DNA from: Blastocladiella emersonii ATCC 22665
Lineage: Eukaryota; Fungi; Blastocladiomycota
Length of the DNA: 64,000 nt
Direction: 5' to 3'
Assembly: GCA_025594325.1 (NCBI GenBank)
Contig: JANHCV010000001.1
Location: 806,001-870,000 of the forward strand
Made by a program: the position numbers and the translations under genes. The notes under the pieces were generated by a model. That model had not been told where the DNA came from. It made no database searches and saw nothing but the letters and a program-made list of their open reading frames with translations. This document shows, piece by piece, positions 12,115 to 23,960 of this stretch (positions are counted from its first letter, which is position 1; each line of letters begins with the position of its first letter).

Positions 12115-12589
12115 TCACCGCTACGAATGCAAATCCACCAAATACACGACCTTTTGCATGAGTTGCGCACCATGATTGCTTGGAACAAGTAGTTCTGCTC
12201 GCTGAACTTAGCCACAAGAAGAATCGTTGTTCATCGTGGAGTGGAAGCAAATGACAGTTAATCACTCCCTTACTGAGTCCCAAGAAAGGCGCCAAAGACC
12301 CGAAAAGTGGATATAGTAGCGAGGCGACAGCCCGAGATCGAGTCGCGAAGTTGATTTCACGTGACCACTTGCTACGCAAATGAGCGCTTCGCATGCCGCT
12401 GCACGAGTCGCCAGTTGAGAGCAATGCCCAAATATGTTATTTTACTTGAACCAATTAGTCGCTTCGCGTCTGATTCTCAGCAGTAGGCTGAGTTTCTGTC
12501 GAGCTGAATTCGCGCTCAAGCTGGGGTTTCTGGCTCGCGTGTCATTCCTTTCACTCCAATCACATCACCAAACCGTGCCCCAGCCATTT

Positions 12590-12900
12590 GAAGTGGATCC
12601 ACCTTGGATCCAGCCGTGGACTGGATGGACCTCGGGGGAATATGGATCCCGATATTACTTTTCTGGATCAAGCGTGGATCAAGCTTGGGTGAGCTGGATC
12701 CACCTGCAAACCGTGCGGACCTCTCAGATGGATCCAGATTTTGGTCAAGGTGGATCGCGAGCTGGATCCAGGAAAGTAATATCGCAATCCAGGCACGGAA
12801 CTAGGCCACGATAAACATGGATCCTTGCGTCGATCAGTTTGACGATCAACTTGACCTTGGCGTGGATCCATTTGGTTATAGCCCGAGTCGAGGCGCTGAT
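12590..12900. repeat. Cluster of TGGATC(C/A) motifs
   Basis: About 11 TGGATC copies in 300 bp, including GTGGATCCACCTTGGATCCA. Confidence 0.8.
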
Positions 12901-12949
12901 CCACGTCGCAATCCACGTAAGCGCACTCAAGATCCACGAGCGAATCAAG

Positions 12950-14880
12950 GGTCGAACGGTTCAATTTATACACACGCGTACGCCCCACAACGATGACCAT
13001 GGAGTGCGCAGAGAGGTCGAGATGAAGGAAGGGAACCTGCCCTTGATGCGCTCGCACCGCCTGCTGCACACCCCGCCACCCGAGATGTGGTATGGCGCAG
13101 CTACTCGTCAGGGCAGATGTCGTTCGCAATGTCGACGGTCATAGCCGCCTGGGTCTTGGTCGTCTCGACGCCCGTGTTCTGCTGGGCGATCTCGGCGAGG
13201 CTGATGTCGAGGATCCCACGCTTGAACAGCGCGCAGAGCTGCGAGGCCAGGTAGATGCGCTTGGCGACAGAAACCGAACCCGTGCTCGCTCGAGACGGGG
13301 AAGGCGTCGTAGTAGTCGGCGAGCGTCACCTTGGCGTCCTCCTTGGTCAGGCCGACGATGATACCTTGTTGGTACGCGCTCCCAGTGATGCGCCATGCAC
13401 ACTAGAAAGCGGCGAGCGTGCATCGCGGTGAAGTCAGAGAGGGCGAAGGCGAACGGAGGAACCCGGCAGATTGCAAGAGCAAAACGTACAAGGACAGCGA
13501 CCGCGGCCATGATGCGCCACACCGGACTTGACCCGTCGGTTGGGAAGGGCTTGTTGATGTCGAGCAGCTTGAGGTCGTTGACAATCGCGTAGCCGGCCAA
13601 GCGCTTGGCTACAGTGCGGAACGTGAGCGACGGGATTGAGTGCGACTTGGTGAGCAAAGCCGTACCGTGCGACGACTGGTTCGAGCCTCGAGCGTTGGCC
13701 ATGTCGTTCGCCTGCCCAAAGAGGAGTCGGTCGAGGAAGGACAAATACAGCGGGTGAGCACCACGGCACGCGCGGACCGACATCGCCGCATCGACGTCGG
13801 CGTCGGCGTCGGCGAAATCCATGTCGAGCTCGGCGTTGTCGTACTCATCGACCATGGCCAGCGTGGCGCGGTGGAGCTCCTCGGGCGCCTCGCCGACCAG
13901 CCACTGCTTGGTGAGCGACTCCTTTTCGCCGACCTTGTTGGTGATAATGCACGAGTTGTCGGCGGCCGCCTGCACGAGGTCGACCCACTTCGAGTTCTCC
14001 TTGAACGGCTTGCGGATCGTCTGCAGGGCCTTGGTGACCTACACAGAAGCGGCATCAGCAACTGCCACCGCGGCGACCCACACCGCGTCCGCGTACCTCC
14101 TTCCCAAATGCCTCGATATCCTTGATCCCGAGCTTGTACTTGAGGTTCCAGTCCTTGATGCGGGTGTATGAGATCGACGCCGCATGACCTCGCGCGCGCC
14201 ACAAGGGCAGACGAAGAGGCGACCCTTGCCGCTGCAGCTTGACGTACTGGATAAACTACTCAAATCGGCCGTGTCAGCTTCGGTCCATGGGCGCGTGTTG
14301 ACCGAGTCGCGTACCTCGAACTCGGACTCGCACGTGCAGCCAGGCGCGTGCTTGAGGCCAGCAACGACCCGAGCAGCGAGACCTCGCCGCGTGTTCTGGA
14401 GCACCTTTGAGGCTTGTCGTGGTTGACCGAGGCTATGGGTGACGTGGCGGGGACAAGTGAGCAAGGGGTCGGGCGAAGTATACACATGGCGCGAACGGAC
14501 GGGCCGCGTCGCCAGGATCTGGGCCGACGACACGAGCGATGTCGCTCGGGAGCTCGAGGTCTGCGTCGCCCGCACGCAGCGCGAATCGCCTCGAGAACGC
14601 GAAGGAGAGGAACCGTACCGTGCGGGCTTGAGCACGTCGTGCGCGAGTCGACGCGATGGTTGAGGGGCGGCCCTTGTCGCCGCGACTTGGCGTACTCGGC
14701 GCCCTTGTCATGGCGGCCGCGAACGTGTTAGTCTCGGGCAATGTAAGAAGTAGGCCGAGTCGCACACCGCGTACCATGTCGTGAACTTGGTCAGGATCGC
14801 GAACCTGGTCAGGATCGACGCAAACACGTTGCCGCGGACCCCACGAGCGCCGTTGCAGCATGAGGTGCTTGTCGAAGACT
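12950..14880 (-). pseudogene. Degenerate multi-frameshifted gene, possibly a DNA-transposon (MULE-like) transposase
   Basis: Protein-like segments in shifting frames (LLTCPRHVTHSL resembles the MULE CxxH motif; AYQQGIIVGLTKEDAKV; RIYLASQLCALFKRGILD). Lies between two TGGATC clusters. Confidence 0.3.
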
Positions 14881-15602
14881 AAGATAGCAGGGCAGAGCGG
14901 TCGTAGCGTGGGGTACGTCAGTGAGCGAACGGACAGCCGGCGCGGAAGGCGTGGGAACGCGGCGTGACCCTCGAGAGCGGTGGGCGCGAGTTCCGTCGAC
15001 GCGTGCAGGGCGTGTCGGCGGAGTTGAGGGGTGACTGCGGATGCACATCGCGGGGGAGTACAAGGTGCGGAGAAGGCGAGAGACGCGAACCGTGGAAGTC
15101 ACCGAGCGGAGCGGGCCCGTGGCGGCGTCGGGCGGATGCGCGTTGACATGAGGTACATGGAGGTTGAGGGGTGACGGAGGAGGCGGTTGCGCTAGGTCGC
15201 AAATGTCGAGTTGGTCGATAGCATGGTCGAAAGCATGGTCGCTGGTGGTGGGGCGAGGGAGCGCGAGCCGCCGCGAGCGAAGTCCCGGAACGATCGACGC
15301 GCTCACGTGACGTTGGCTTCGACGCGTTTCGCCTCGCGCTTCGCCGCAGCGGCACGCTCTCCCCTCCCGGCGACGGCACCTCGACGTTGCAAGCTATGAA
15401 TAATCTATGAATTACTTGCCGCAAGCGCGTGGCAGGGACGTGAGTGTTGGAACTTGGTCGATACGGACCTGGTCGGCGGGCGAGCCCCGCCGCGGCGCTC
15501 CTCCCGCGATGAGAGTCGTCACGGCGGGGCGGTCGTGAGGGCTCTCACATCTTGAAGCTTTATGAGTTGAAAGTGAGGTGTTGAGCGCGTCGTTGCCCTC
15601 TG

Positions 15603-16043
15603 TTGCGATTGGTCGAGCGGAAACCGCGCACCTGGCTTGTCAACCTGGAGTTGGACGGCGTGCAGCTCGAAAGCACGGTCGTCGAGCACTTCCACTTGTA
15701 CCAGTCGGTGCTGCACGTCGTTCAGCCGGGCCTCTATGCCTCGCAGACGTTTGCTCTCTGCCCCACGCAGCCCGCCACGTGCGAGTTCCACATCGTGCCG
15801 CTGTCGGTCATCACAGCCTTCCTCCACACCGCACCAAATGGGAACCGGCCATCGTCGGCGCACCAGGGCGGGTACACCGAGTACCTCATCACCGTGTACG
15901 ACGACTCCGCGAGCCTCACGCTGTTCATGATGCCGCAGATCGACAACTCGCTCAACTTTGTGGACCGCCGCGATCCTGGCGGCGTAAACACAACGTTTGG
16001 CGACGGGCTCGAGCTCATCCTGCAGCAGAACGAACATGTCTAG
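15603..16043 (+). CDS. Hypothetical protein (146 aa, possibly 5'-incomplete)
   Basis: Protein-like composition and GC3 bias; no ATG start and no recognised motif. Confidence 0.45.
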   Translation: MRLVERKPRTWLVNLELDGVQLESTVVEHFHLYQSVLHVVQPGLYASQTFALCPTQPATCEFHIVPLSVITAFLHTAPNGNRPSSAHQGGYTEYLITVYDDSASLTLFMMPQIDNSLNFVDRRDPGGVNTTFGDGLELILQQNEHV

Positions 16044-16169
16044 TTGCGTTCGGCTTCCTCGCATGGTTTGCTGGGTCGTTGCAACCATTTCGATACATTT
16101 TCGCACGGTTTCTTCACCACCATGTTCACCGTCAATCACCTCCTGGTTCTGCCCGAGCAAGAGTTGGAT

Positions 16170-16430
16170 ATAGACGTGGATCGACGCCTAGAACTACATT
16201 TACAACAAGTTGATCCAGGGCGCGTGGATGGAGGAGTGGGTCCACATTTTTGAAAATGGATCGACGTCTTGATCCCGGCTGCTTTCAAGCCTCATTCCAG
16301 CTCGCGCCAGTCAAGGCTGGATCCACCTTTCATGATTGTAGATCCAGTCTACAAAATCTGGATCAAGCGTTGATCAAGAGGTCGATTCAGCTCTGGAAGG
16401 CTCGAGGTGGATCCACCCTGGATCCATGGG
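16170..16430. repeat. Second cluster of TGGATC/TTGATC motifs
   Basis: Shares TCTGGATCAAGCGT(G/T)GATCAAG and GTGGATCCACC(C/T)TGGATCCA with 12590-12900. Confidence 0.8.
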
Positions 16431-16449
16431 CCCTCGGCAGGCGCGGTTT

Positions 16450-16980
16450 GGTGATGGCGGCTGGCTCGGATGCGGCGAGCAACACGACTGACGCGCAGCG
16501 CGTCGGCAAGGACGGTGCCGCGGCAGTCGACGATGAGCGCGAGCTCGAGCAGGAGGACGACGAAAACGACGACGAGCACATCACGTTCTCCAACCGCCCG
16601 ATCACAGACAAGGTCAATCGCCGACCGCTACATGCACCGGCCCAGCGAGCTCGAGTCGCTCTCGCTATACGACTTTATCTAATGCTGTCGCGTGAAGCCC
16701 ATGAAGGCCGCAACGAACCGCTCGCAGCAGTCCATGCCTGACAACGATGCCGGCGACAGCAACGCGCCGCGCGCCAAGCGCGGTCGCCACGCCAGGGCCA
16801 GGCCGCGGTACAAGTTCCGCGACACGCATCAGGCAGTCGACAAGCTTATTGTGGCGATGTGCGCGACCAAGGTCGTTCATGTGCCGCTTTTCAATAAGCA
16901 AGTCAGCCAGTCGTCCAACATTGGCAGCACCGAGTCGCGCGCCATGATCTCTATGATCCTGTTCAAGCCGTTCCGCACCA
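16450..16980 (+). pseudogene. Helitron-like RepHel fragment (region between Rep and the Pif1 helicase)
   Basis: YMHRPSELESLSLYDF, YKFRDTH...VVHVP and MILFKPFR motifs are typical of fungal Helitron-like proteins; stops and frameshifts present. Confidence 0.6.
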
Positions 16981-18310
16981 TCATCGCAAAAATGGTGGGA
17001 CGGCTTTGGGGCGTGATTGGACTGGGATTGGACCGCGAAAGGGCGACTGGGGCGCGACCAGGCGCAAGCGGACGATAGTGCTGCGATCCGGGCCCAACGC
17101 GCGCGGCCGGCGCCTGGCGCTCCGCTGGGCTTGGAGTGGCCGGCTCGTGGGGGCGGATCGCGGCGTGATCCGGCCGTGATCCGGGCCCAGCGCGTGCGCG
17201 ACGGCACCGCGAGCGAGCCGCGAAACCGCCCTGACCACCGAGCCCGCCTCGCGGCCCTCTCGCGCCGCTGCTGGCCTCGGATCGCGGCCAGAGTGGGCCC
17301 GCGGTCCGGTCCTGGTCCTGATCCTGGCGCGACGGAAGCCCACGCGAACCGCGATACAGGCGCGAACGGCGGCTGAAGCGGGACCGAGCCTGTCCCGCGC
17401 TCTTGGCCCAATCTGGCCCCTATCCCGCTCAGATTCGCTCACACTCCACACTGGTCGCGTGATTCATCATACAATCGGTATATCGAGTAATCCACACACA
17501 CGTGCGCGCACACCGACTGCCCCTTGTGGTCGTCGCCGTGGCGCCGCTGCCGGGTGAACACCTTGACGACCTTGGCCAGCTTGGCGGACATGCGGTTCTC
17601 GGACAGCGGCGATTCCGTGAAGGCGAGCTTGAGTTTGCACTCGGGAGCTACTTGAGCGGTCTGCTCGATAAGATACGGGCAACGTACGCAAGCAAGGGAG
17701 AGGGAGCGCACCTTTCCAGGTCACGGCCATGCTGAGTCAATCGGGTTCCTAGCGGTTCATCTAGTTAAGCGCAAAGAATGGCAGACTGAATGCCAGAGCC
17801 AATCTCGAGGGGAGATAGCAACGAAAACGCACTGAACGACTTGGGAACGTTGTGCTACAGTCAGGCACACGAGTTTTGGGGACGGCGAGTGAGCGAACTT
17901 GCCCAATGTGTACATGCGCGGGGAGAGTTCCGTACCAGTACGACCAAGGCGGGATCAAGGGGAGCTGCATGGGGCACTCGAGTGCGATGCTTGTAGCTAG
18001 CGTTGCGTACGGCGGCGTCAGGGTCGGCGGGGCGGGCCAAAGTGGCGGTGAAGGCGCAAGCGTACAAACAGGAGGGACCGGGTTGAGATAGCAGCGCGAG
18101 AGGCAGGGCAAGGTTACGGTGTTGAGCGAGCGGGTTGAAGGGTGGGGCGAGGCGGACGGCGTGCGGCGGACGGATGGAGTGGTTGCCCACAGCCACTGTG
18201 TGAGGGGAGCGGAGGGGCGGGCGTGGGGCCGCCGGTGCTAAGTAGGCGGGCGGCGCCGTGCGCAGCAAAATGGCCGCCAACAGAGGGGCTGCTGGCTGGG
18301 CACCAGTGTG

Positions 18311-18523
18311 GGCCGGATCAGGCCACGATGAGTCACTTTTTTTTGCGGCCAGCGTGAGCCGGCTGCCACTCCTGTCCCTGCTTGCGGCGCGGCGCCCAGC
18401 CCTTGCGGTGCGGGCGCCACTGGTGGCAACGCCACAGCCAGAGCGCTGACCGCGCCGCGCCAAGCTGGGAGAGAAGTGGCAGCTGGGCCACGCTGGCCGC
18501 AAAAAAAAGTGACTCATCCGGCC
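18311..18523. mobile_element. MITE-like element / long hairpin
   Basis: 30-bp perfect inverted repeat GATGAGTCACTTTTTTTTGCGGCCAGCGTG (from 18327; reverse complement ends 18518), extending imperfectly to about 55 bp. No clear TSD. Confidence 0.65.
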
Positions 18524-18999
18524 ACGAGCGCAAAGAAGCGACGCGAGCCCATATGACGGTCAAAATGAACGACGCGTCAACATCGCCGCCACGCCGCCCG
18601 AGTTGGGCACCCCACGCTCCTCCTCCCATGCATTCCATTCTCATTCTTCGGAGCACACCACTTGCTGCAACAAGCATACCGTCACTTCTAAAATGCATCA
18701 ACCTTGTCTTTGCGCACACAACTTCTGGCCGACCAGCTGCTGCCCCAGCCCAGCGCGCCCAACAAGAACGCCGTGAACTTGACACCCAGCGCGAGCGCGA
18801 GTCGTCTCCTTGGTCGAAGCGTATGTTATTAATAACTCGCATACTCAACCTTGTGTTGGTGTGCTCCACGATACTGCTCGAAGCGGCGTCACGGTTTTCA
18901 AGCTCGGACACCGCTGCCTTTGAGTCTGCGAGACTCACCGACCCCTTGCATTGTTTCGTAACTGTCTAGGGCGTCATTGTTTGCCCCCCCTTGGCAGCG

Positions 19000-19230
19000 C
19001 TGGGTGCATCCACATGGTCGAACACTTCCTCCTGGTCCCCGGCGGCTTCAGCGACAACAACTAGTACTACGCCAATGTCAACCTGATCGTCGAGCTTGCC
19101 GAGTTGGCCGGCGTCAACGCCGTGTGGGCCGGCTGGGGCCACGCCTCTGAGAACCCGCGCCTGCCCAACCGCCTTGCCGAGAAGGGCATTGGCTTCATTG
19201 GCCCGCCCAGCCGCGCCCTTGGCGACAAGA
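19000..19230 (+). pseudogene. ACC1: Acetyl-CoA carboxylase N-terminal (biotin carboxylase) fragment
   Basis: [44 protein letters not shown]...[12 protein letters not shown]. Confidence 0.9.
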
Positions 19231-19532
19231 ATATTACGGCTACTTTGTACCTCCAGCGACGAGAGATTGTTCAATTAGGAGGAAGAGTTCGAGGCGAGTC
19301 CGTACAACGCGTCGCCAAGGCCAAACCGCTCCGGGGGAGACGCGTCAATCAATCACGTGACAGGTGAGACGCGTCTCCCAAGCACAAACTTTTTGCGGCG
19401 TCGATTGCGCGTCCAGACCAGAGTTGCTGTTCAATGAGATACGACTGATCGGGAGAAGGTACGGGATGTATCAAGCTCGAATAGAGGAGAGAATGAGGTG
19501 ATGGTGCAACAGAACGGGGGCGTGGGCAACAA

Positions 19533-20701
19533 CTACTGAATGAACAACTCGAGCACGCGCTTGCGCATCGACTCGGCCACGGCCATGATGCGGAGGGCCT
19601 GGTCTTTGGTCAGTCGAGTCGCGACCTGGATCTGGAAGTCCTCATCGTTGCCATAGGCGCCCTGGGCCCACTCGATGGCAGCGGCCAGCACAGGCTTGGA
19701 CTCGGCGGCCAAGACGCTCTTGAAGACCTTCTGGATGCCCATGAGAAAGTCCGAGTCGCTGAGGCGGCGCGAGCTGCTGTTTGAGGTACGGCTGCGCTTG
19801 CTGGCGTGGGCCGCGTCGTCCTTGTCCTCGCTGACCTCCTTGCCAACCTCCTCAGCATTGCTGCCTTCCGCGTTGAGGCGCGAGTACTTGCCTGTCGCCG
19901 TCGCCTTTGACCAGATCTTGTCAGACCACTTGTAGAACTGGAAGGTCTTGCGGCCCGGCTCCAGCTGCTCCTGAAGTTGTGGCTACAATTGCAGCAAGAC
20001 GGGGATGGTTAGCTCTTGCTGATGGGCAAACAACGTGACGAGACGATCGACCGTACCAATAGTCCGTCCCAGAACTCGTCCAACACGTCCACCGTGCACT
20101 CATCCTCGTTCCAGGTGCAGCCGCTGCCCGAGTACAACAGAAGCCGCTTCACTGCGAGATACCGTTTGCAAACCTGCCGCAAGCAACAGAGAGATGATTA
20201 GCGCTCGCGCTGAGGTAGCGATGAGGGAGAGGCATACGTATGTGACACGGTTCTTGACCTGCACCAAGTGAAGGGGAGCTTGAACTTGACCGATAGGGCC
20301 TGCGCAATCGCCAACTGGTGCTGCGACTTGAGCGCGTTGCCGTTGCCAAGCACGTTCTGGCGGGCCAGGCCATCGATATATTCGAGGAGGAAGTTGGTCG
20401 ACGCAGTGTCAAAGACCGCTTTCTCGGCGCCGAGGTTGGCCTTGCGTTTGTTTGGCTTGACGATGGTTGGCAGCGGCAGCAGCAGCGGGTGGCCATTGTC
20501 CTTGTCCGCGCCCTCGTTGGCGTCCTCGTCGCTTTCAGCGGGCAGCAGCGGGACCTCAGGTACGGCCGTGACGACGTCCTTAATGGCGGGCTTGCGCGCT
20601 GCGCTCCTTTGATTGCTGCTGCAAGCGTGAGCAGGCGCGGGGGCAGTTGACACTGCTGCCGCGGCGGCGGCGGGGGTTTGTTTTTTGGATGGGTTTGCCA
20701 T
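19533..20701 (-). pseudogene. PIF/Harbinger-associated Myb/SANT-like DNA-binding protein, 3 exons, one 1-bp deletion near 20266
   Basis: FLLEYIDGL...NGNALK...AIAQALSVKFKLPFT-VQVKNRVTY|VCKRYLAVKRLLLYSGSGCTWNED...EFWD|...FQFYKWSDKIWSKATATG. The C-terminus is homologous to ORF 24761..25225. Confidence 0.8.
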
Positions 20702-20922
20702 TGTCTAATGTAGGACCTGGGGGAAAAACGGCGCGGCCGCCGGAAAAAAAAGGCGCGACCTGAAACACGCGGGGCAGGTCACGCGCCGTGATCACCACGG
20801 CCGCTTTTTGTCTCGCGCTGCGAGACGCGACTTAGACGCGTTGGAGCGGCGCTGCCGCCTGCCATAATAACACTCTTCTTGTCGGGATCGAACTGAGGGC
20901 AGGCGATAGGCACTTCCTTGTC

Positions 20923-22358
20923 TTGTCGGCCCGCGGCTGCGACGCACTGGCTCCCGCCAGCTGGGCAGCGGTGGGTGGCAAGGCGCCGCGCATCGAGACA
21001 TTTGTCACCATGCACTTCGTGGTGCCTGGAGCGGAGGGCGCCTACCAGCTCTTGTCGCTCAACGCGCACGCGCCACCGCCTGTGCTTCTCCAGGCAGAGG
21101 CAAGCGCGGCCGAGGCCTACAAGCGCGAGTGCCTCTACGTGTTCTTGCAGGCCTGCAACCAGACGCTCGAGGACACGATCGTCGCCAACGCCCACCGCAA
21201 GTACGTGGTCCAGATCAACGAGACCCGGGTCGCGTTTGCGTGGAACATGCTCGTGGTGAGCCAGGTCGCCCTTCTCCCGTTCCGCCGCACGCAGTGAAGC
21301 GGCGGTCTGTGCCACTTGTGTTCATTCATACCCATCTCTTCCCTCCTCTGTGTTCGTGCCTCATGGATAAACTCGAATCCCTTTGTACTTTGACTCGTCC
21401 TTGAAACGGTTGCGTCTTGTTCCGCCTTGGAGGAGAGCCAGAAACCACGACTGAACTGCCGGCCATCCTCGAGCTCTTTGTTGGAATGGAGATGCGCGTC
21501 AACACCAACCAGTGCGTAGCAAAGGGGTGCGCGAACGGTGCGGTTGGCGTCGTGCACCACATCGACTGGAAGCCCAAGACCACGTTCACGCGAACCACGT
21601 CCAACATGTACCGGCGATCCTGCGCTCCACTCAACGTGTGGATCGACCTGCCCAACGCTCCTCGTGGCTCTCGCTTCCCGGGCATGCCAGCCGCGTGGCC
21701 TGACACGGTCATCCCGCTTGCCGTGGAGAAGAAGGACTTCCTGTCCATGGCGGGCGGTTCCACGCCGCGAGAGCGGGTCGTCAGCACAACGAATGATTCG
21801 CTCCCGCTCTGTGTCAACAACACCAAAACCAACAGGAGCAAGTATCCTAATCATGTCGTCGCGCACATCGAGCAGTACCCAATGGTGCCAGCCTTTGCCA
21901 TGACGGTCCACGGGGTTCAAGGCGTGACCAAGAGCGCCATTGCCCTGGCAGATCCGCGTCCCGCGGGCATGGAGCGTCTCATCAGCGGCGCTTCCCTGTA
22001 CGTGGCGTTATCGCGGCTTCGTCGTTCAAAGTACCTGTGGGTGCTTCAGCCGATCCCAAGAACCGTGTTCAAGTCCATGAGGCCGGATCCACTCGCAGTG
22101 GCCGAGGACAAGCGGCTCCAGACGCTCAACGAGCTGACCAAGACCGCTTTCGATCAAGGTACAGCCATCGCGCCAGGCGACCCGCGCATCGCTAAACTCT
22201 TCGACGACGCGATTCTCTTCTTGCGCCAGCACGCGGCTGAGAAACTAGTCGCTAAGCGCGCGTCCGATGCTCTCAATGCAAGGTTTTGGCGATTGGTCAA
22301 CAAACGTGCTGGAGGCGAGGACGGCTCACAGAACGCCAAGAAACAGAAAACACAGTAG
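20923..22358 (+). pseudogene. Pif1-family helicase, C-terminal part (Helitron-like)
   Basis: LELFVGMEMRVNTNQCVAKGCANGAVG; YPMVPAFAMTVHGVQG; ASLYVALSRLR. Highly similar to 36346..37290. Confidence 0.85.
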
Positions 22359-22485
22359 AGTATTAACGTAGTGTATTCCATCATCTAATCCATCAATAGC
22401 ACGATTTCCATAGCTCGATCACCTAAATCTCCTGTGCGGGACGAACGCGACAGCACCTCCACCACTCGTGCACCATACGTGGCGG

Positions 22486-22555
22486 GGGCTTTAGCCCTCG
22501 ATTGAAAACCAAACGCGAAGCGTTTAGGTTCCTCAAGTCGAGGGCTAAAGCCCTC
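22486..22555 (+). promoter_or_regulatory. Putative Helitron-like 3' terminus: palindromic sub-terminal repeat, GAA-loop hairpin, inverted copy of the repeat
   Basis: GGGCTTTAGCCCTCGATTGA; AAACGC-GAA-GCGTTT (22511-22525); TCAAGT; CGAGGGCTAAAGCCCTC. Starts 128 bp after the helicase stop. Confidence 0.65.
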
Positions 22556-22559
22556 TTTC

Positions 22560-23960
22560 TAGACCGGGTCGCTGCCGGATAGGGTGCCGACGCTCACGTG
22601 AGCGCCATGCACATGAGCGACCCGAAAACGCGTGACAGACGCGTCGTTTCTCATGTGACTGCTGTGGCGCAACGCGTCCTGGCCTTGCACGTGATCGGCC
22701 TCGGCCCAACCCGCGGAAGCGCGGCCCTTTAACCCATAGCCAACCGGGGTTTGGCACACCAGCGTCCCCGGACTTAGCTTCTTGAAACAGGCGCCGCCGC
22801 ACCGCACAAAACTCACCTAAGCCTCGCCCCGATTATTTTTCACCTCGCTGTCGCTCACCGCTGTTCCTCCCTCCCCACCAAAAATGTGGACGCCCAATAA
22901 CATTCATTGCGCCGTCCGCAATCCACTACAACATCTCACGATTATCAACTGACATGAAGATTTCCTTGGGACCGGTGTGGCGGGACAAAGCGTATCGATT
23001 TGTCGGCTCCTTGCACATGATCTGCGGGGACGAGTCGCCGTCGTGACCCTTGTAGCTGATGATCGTGAGGAAGACCACGGACGGCTTGATCGAGTCGGAG
23101 TTCTCGGCGGGCGTGGCCGTGGGGAGCGGCGTCTTGCCCACATACGGCTAGCGACGGCGACCTTGGGGGCGGGGAGCGCATGTTCTTGTGCGCGGGCCGT
23201 TGCCTTGGCGTACCGTCGAGGGCATCGGCTTGATGAGGCGGTCGGTGAAGCTGAGAACGTTGTCGCCGACCTCGAACGTGAGCTTGCACACGCCGCCGCC
23301 TGGGTCCTTCTCTCGATCGCCGTCTTGCCGGCCTTCGTTGCACGTCTCGGCCAACAGCGTGGGCCCTGTGTAGATCAGCTCGCGTCAGTGCATGTCGCGC
23401 GGGCCCAGTGTAGTGAGCTGACGCACCGTGTTCTTCGTCGTCGTCTGAACCAGCCATGTTGGCCATGTCGCAGACGTCGCCGTTGTCGAAACCCGCCGCA
23501 CCGTCCTGCAAGCAGGGTGCGCCGGCGGCGCTAGCACCGGGACCTTCATCAGCAACGGCCACGTCAGGCGGTCCAGACTGCGCGCGCGCAGCGGTGGCCC
23601 AGTACTCCCTGCGGGCCTCGAGGTCGGCGGCCTGGCCTTTTTCTCGTCGTCGTCGCTGCCAGATCTCTCCTCGCCGTCGCTATAGGGACCAGAGTCCAAC
23701 GGCGAGACGGGGCGAGCAGGAGCAGGTTGGACGGCGAGAGCCGCGGCCGCGGACAACAAAGGTGCATGCAAGTCGACGCAGCGACACTTGCCCGGCGCAG
23801 GTGGCGGGTCCGATGGCGTAGACGGTGGCGAGGCGAGTGGCGACGGTGTCGCGGGGACGCGAGGAGCAGCGAGGTGGGACGGCAGCGGGTCCCGCGCGAG
23901 CGCGTGCTCACAGGCCCCAGCTTGGCGTAGGCCGTCTTGTTGATAACATGATATGTTGTT
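22560..23960 (-). pseudogene. Degenerate TE-associated gene, Pro-rich N-terminus, possible Ulp1-like protease remnant
   Basis: Frameshifted protein-like segments; WIADGAMNVIG...CFKKL weakly resembles the Ulp1 WLNDEVIN...FYxKL pattern. Confidence 0.25.

Noticed and set aside
18333-18938. Copia Gag remnant
   Set aside because: Only a vague resemblance; no zinc knuckle, LTR or pol nearby.
19230-20800. TIRs and TSD of a second complete Harbinger around the Myb gene
   Set aside because: No convincing GGGCCCGTTTGG-like pair or TAA/TTA duplication was found.
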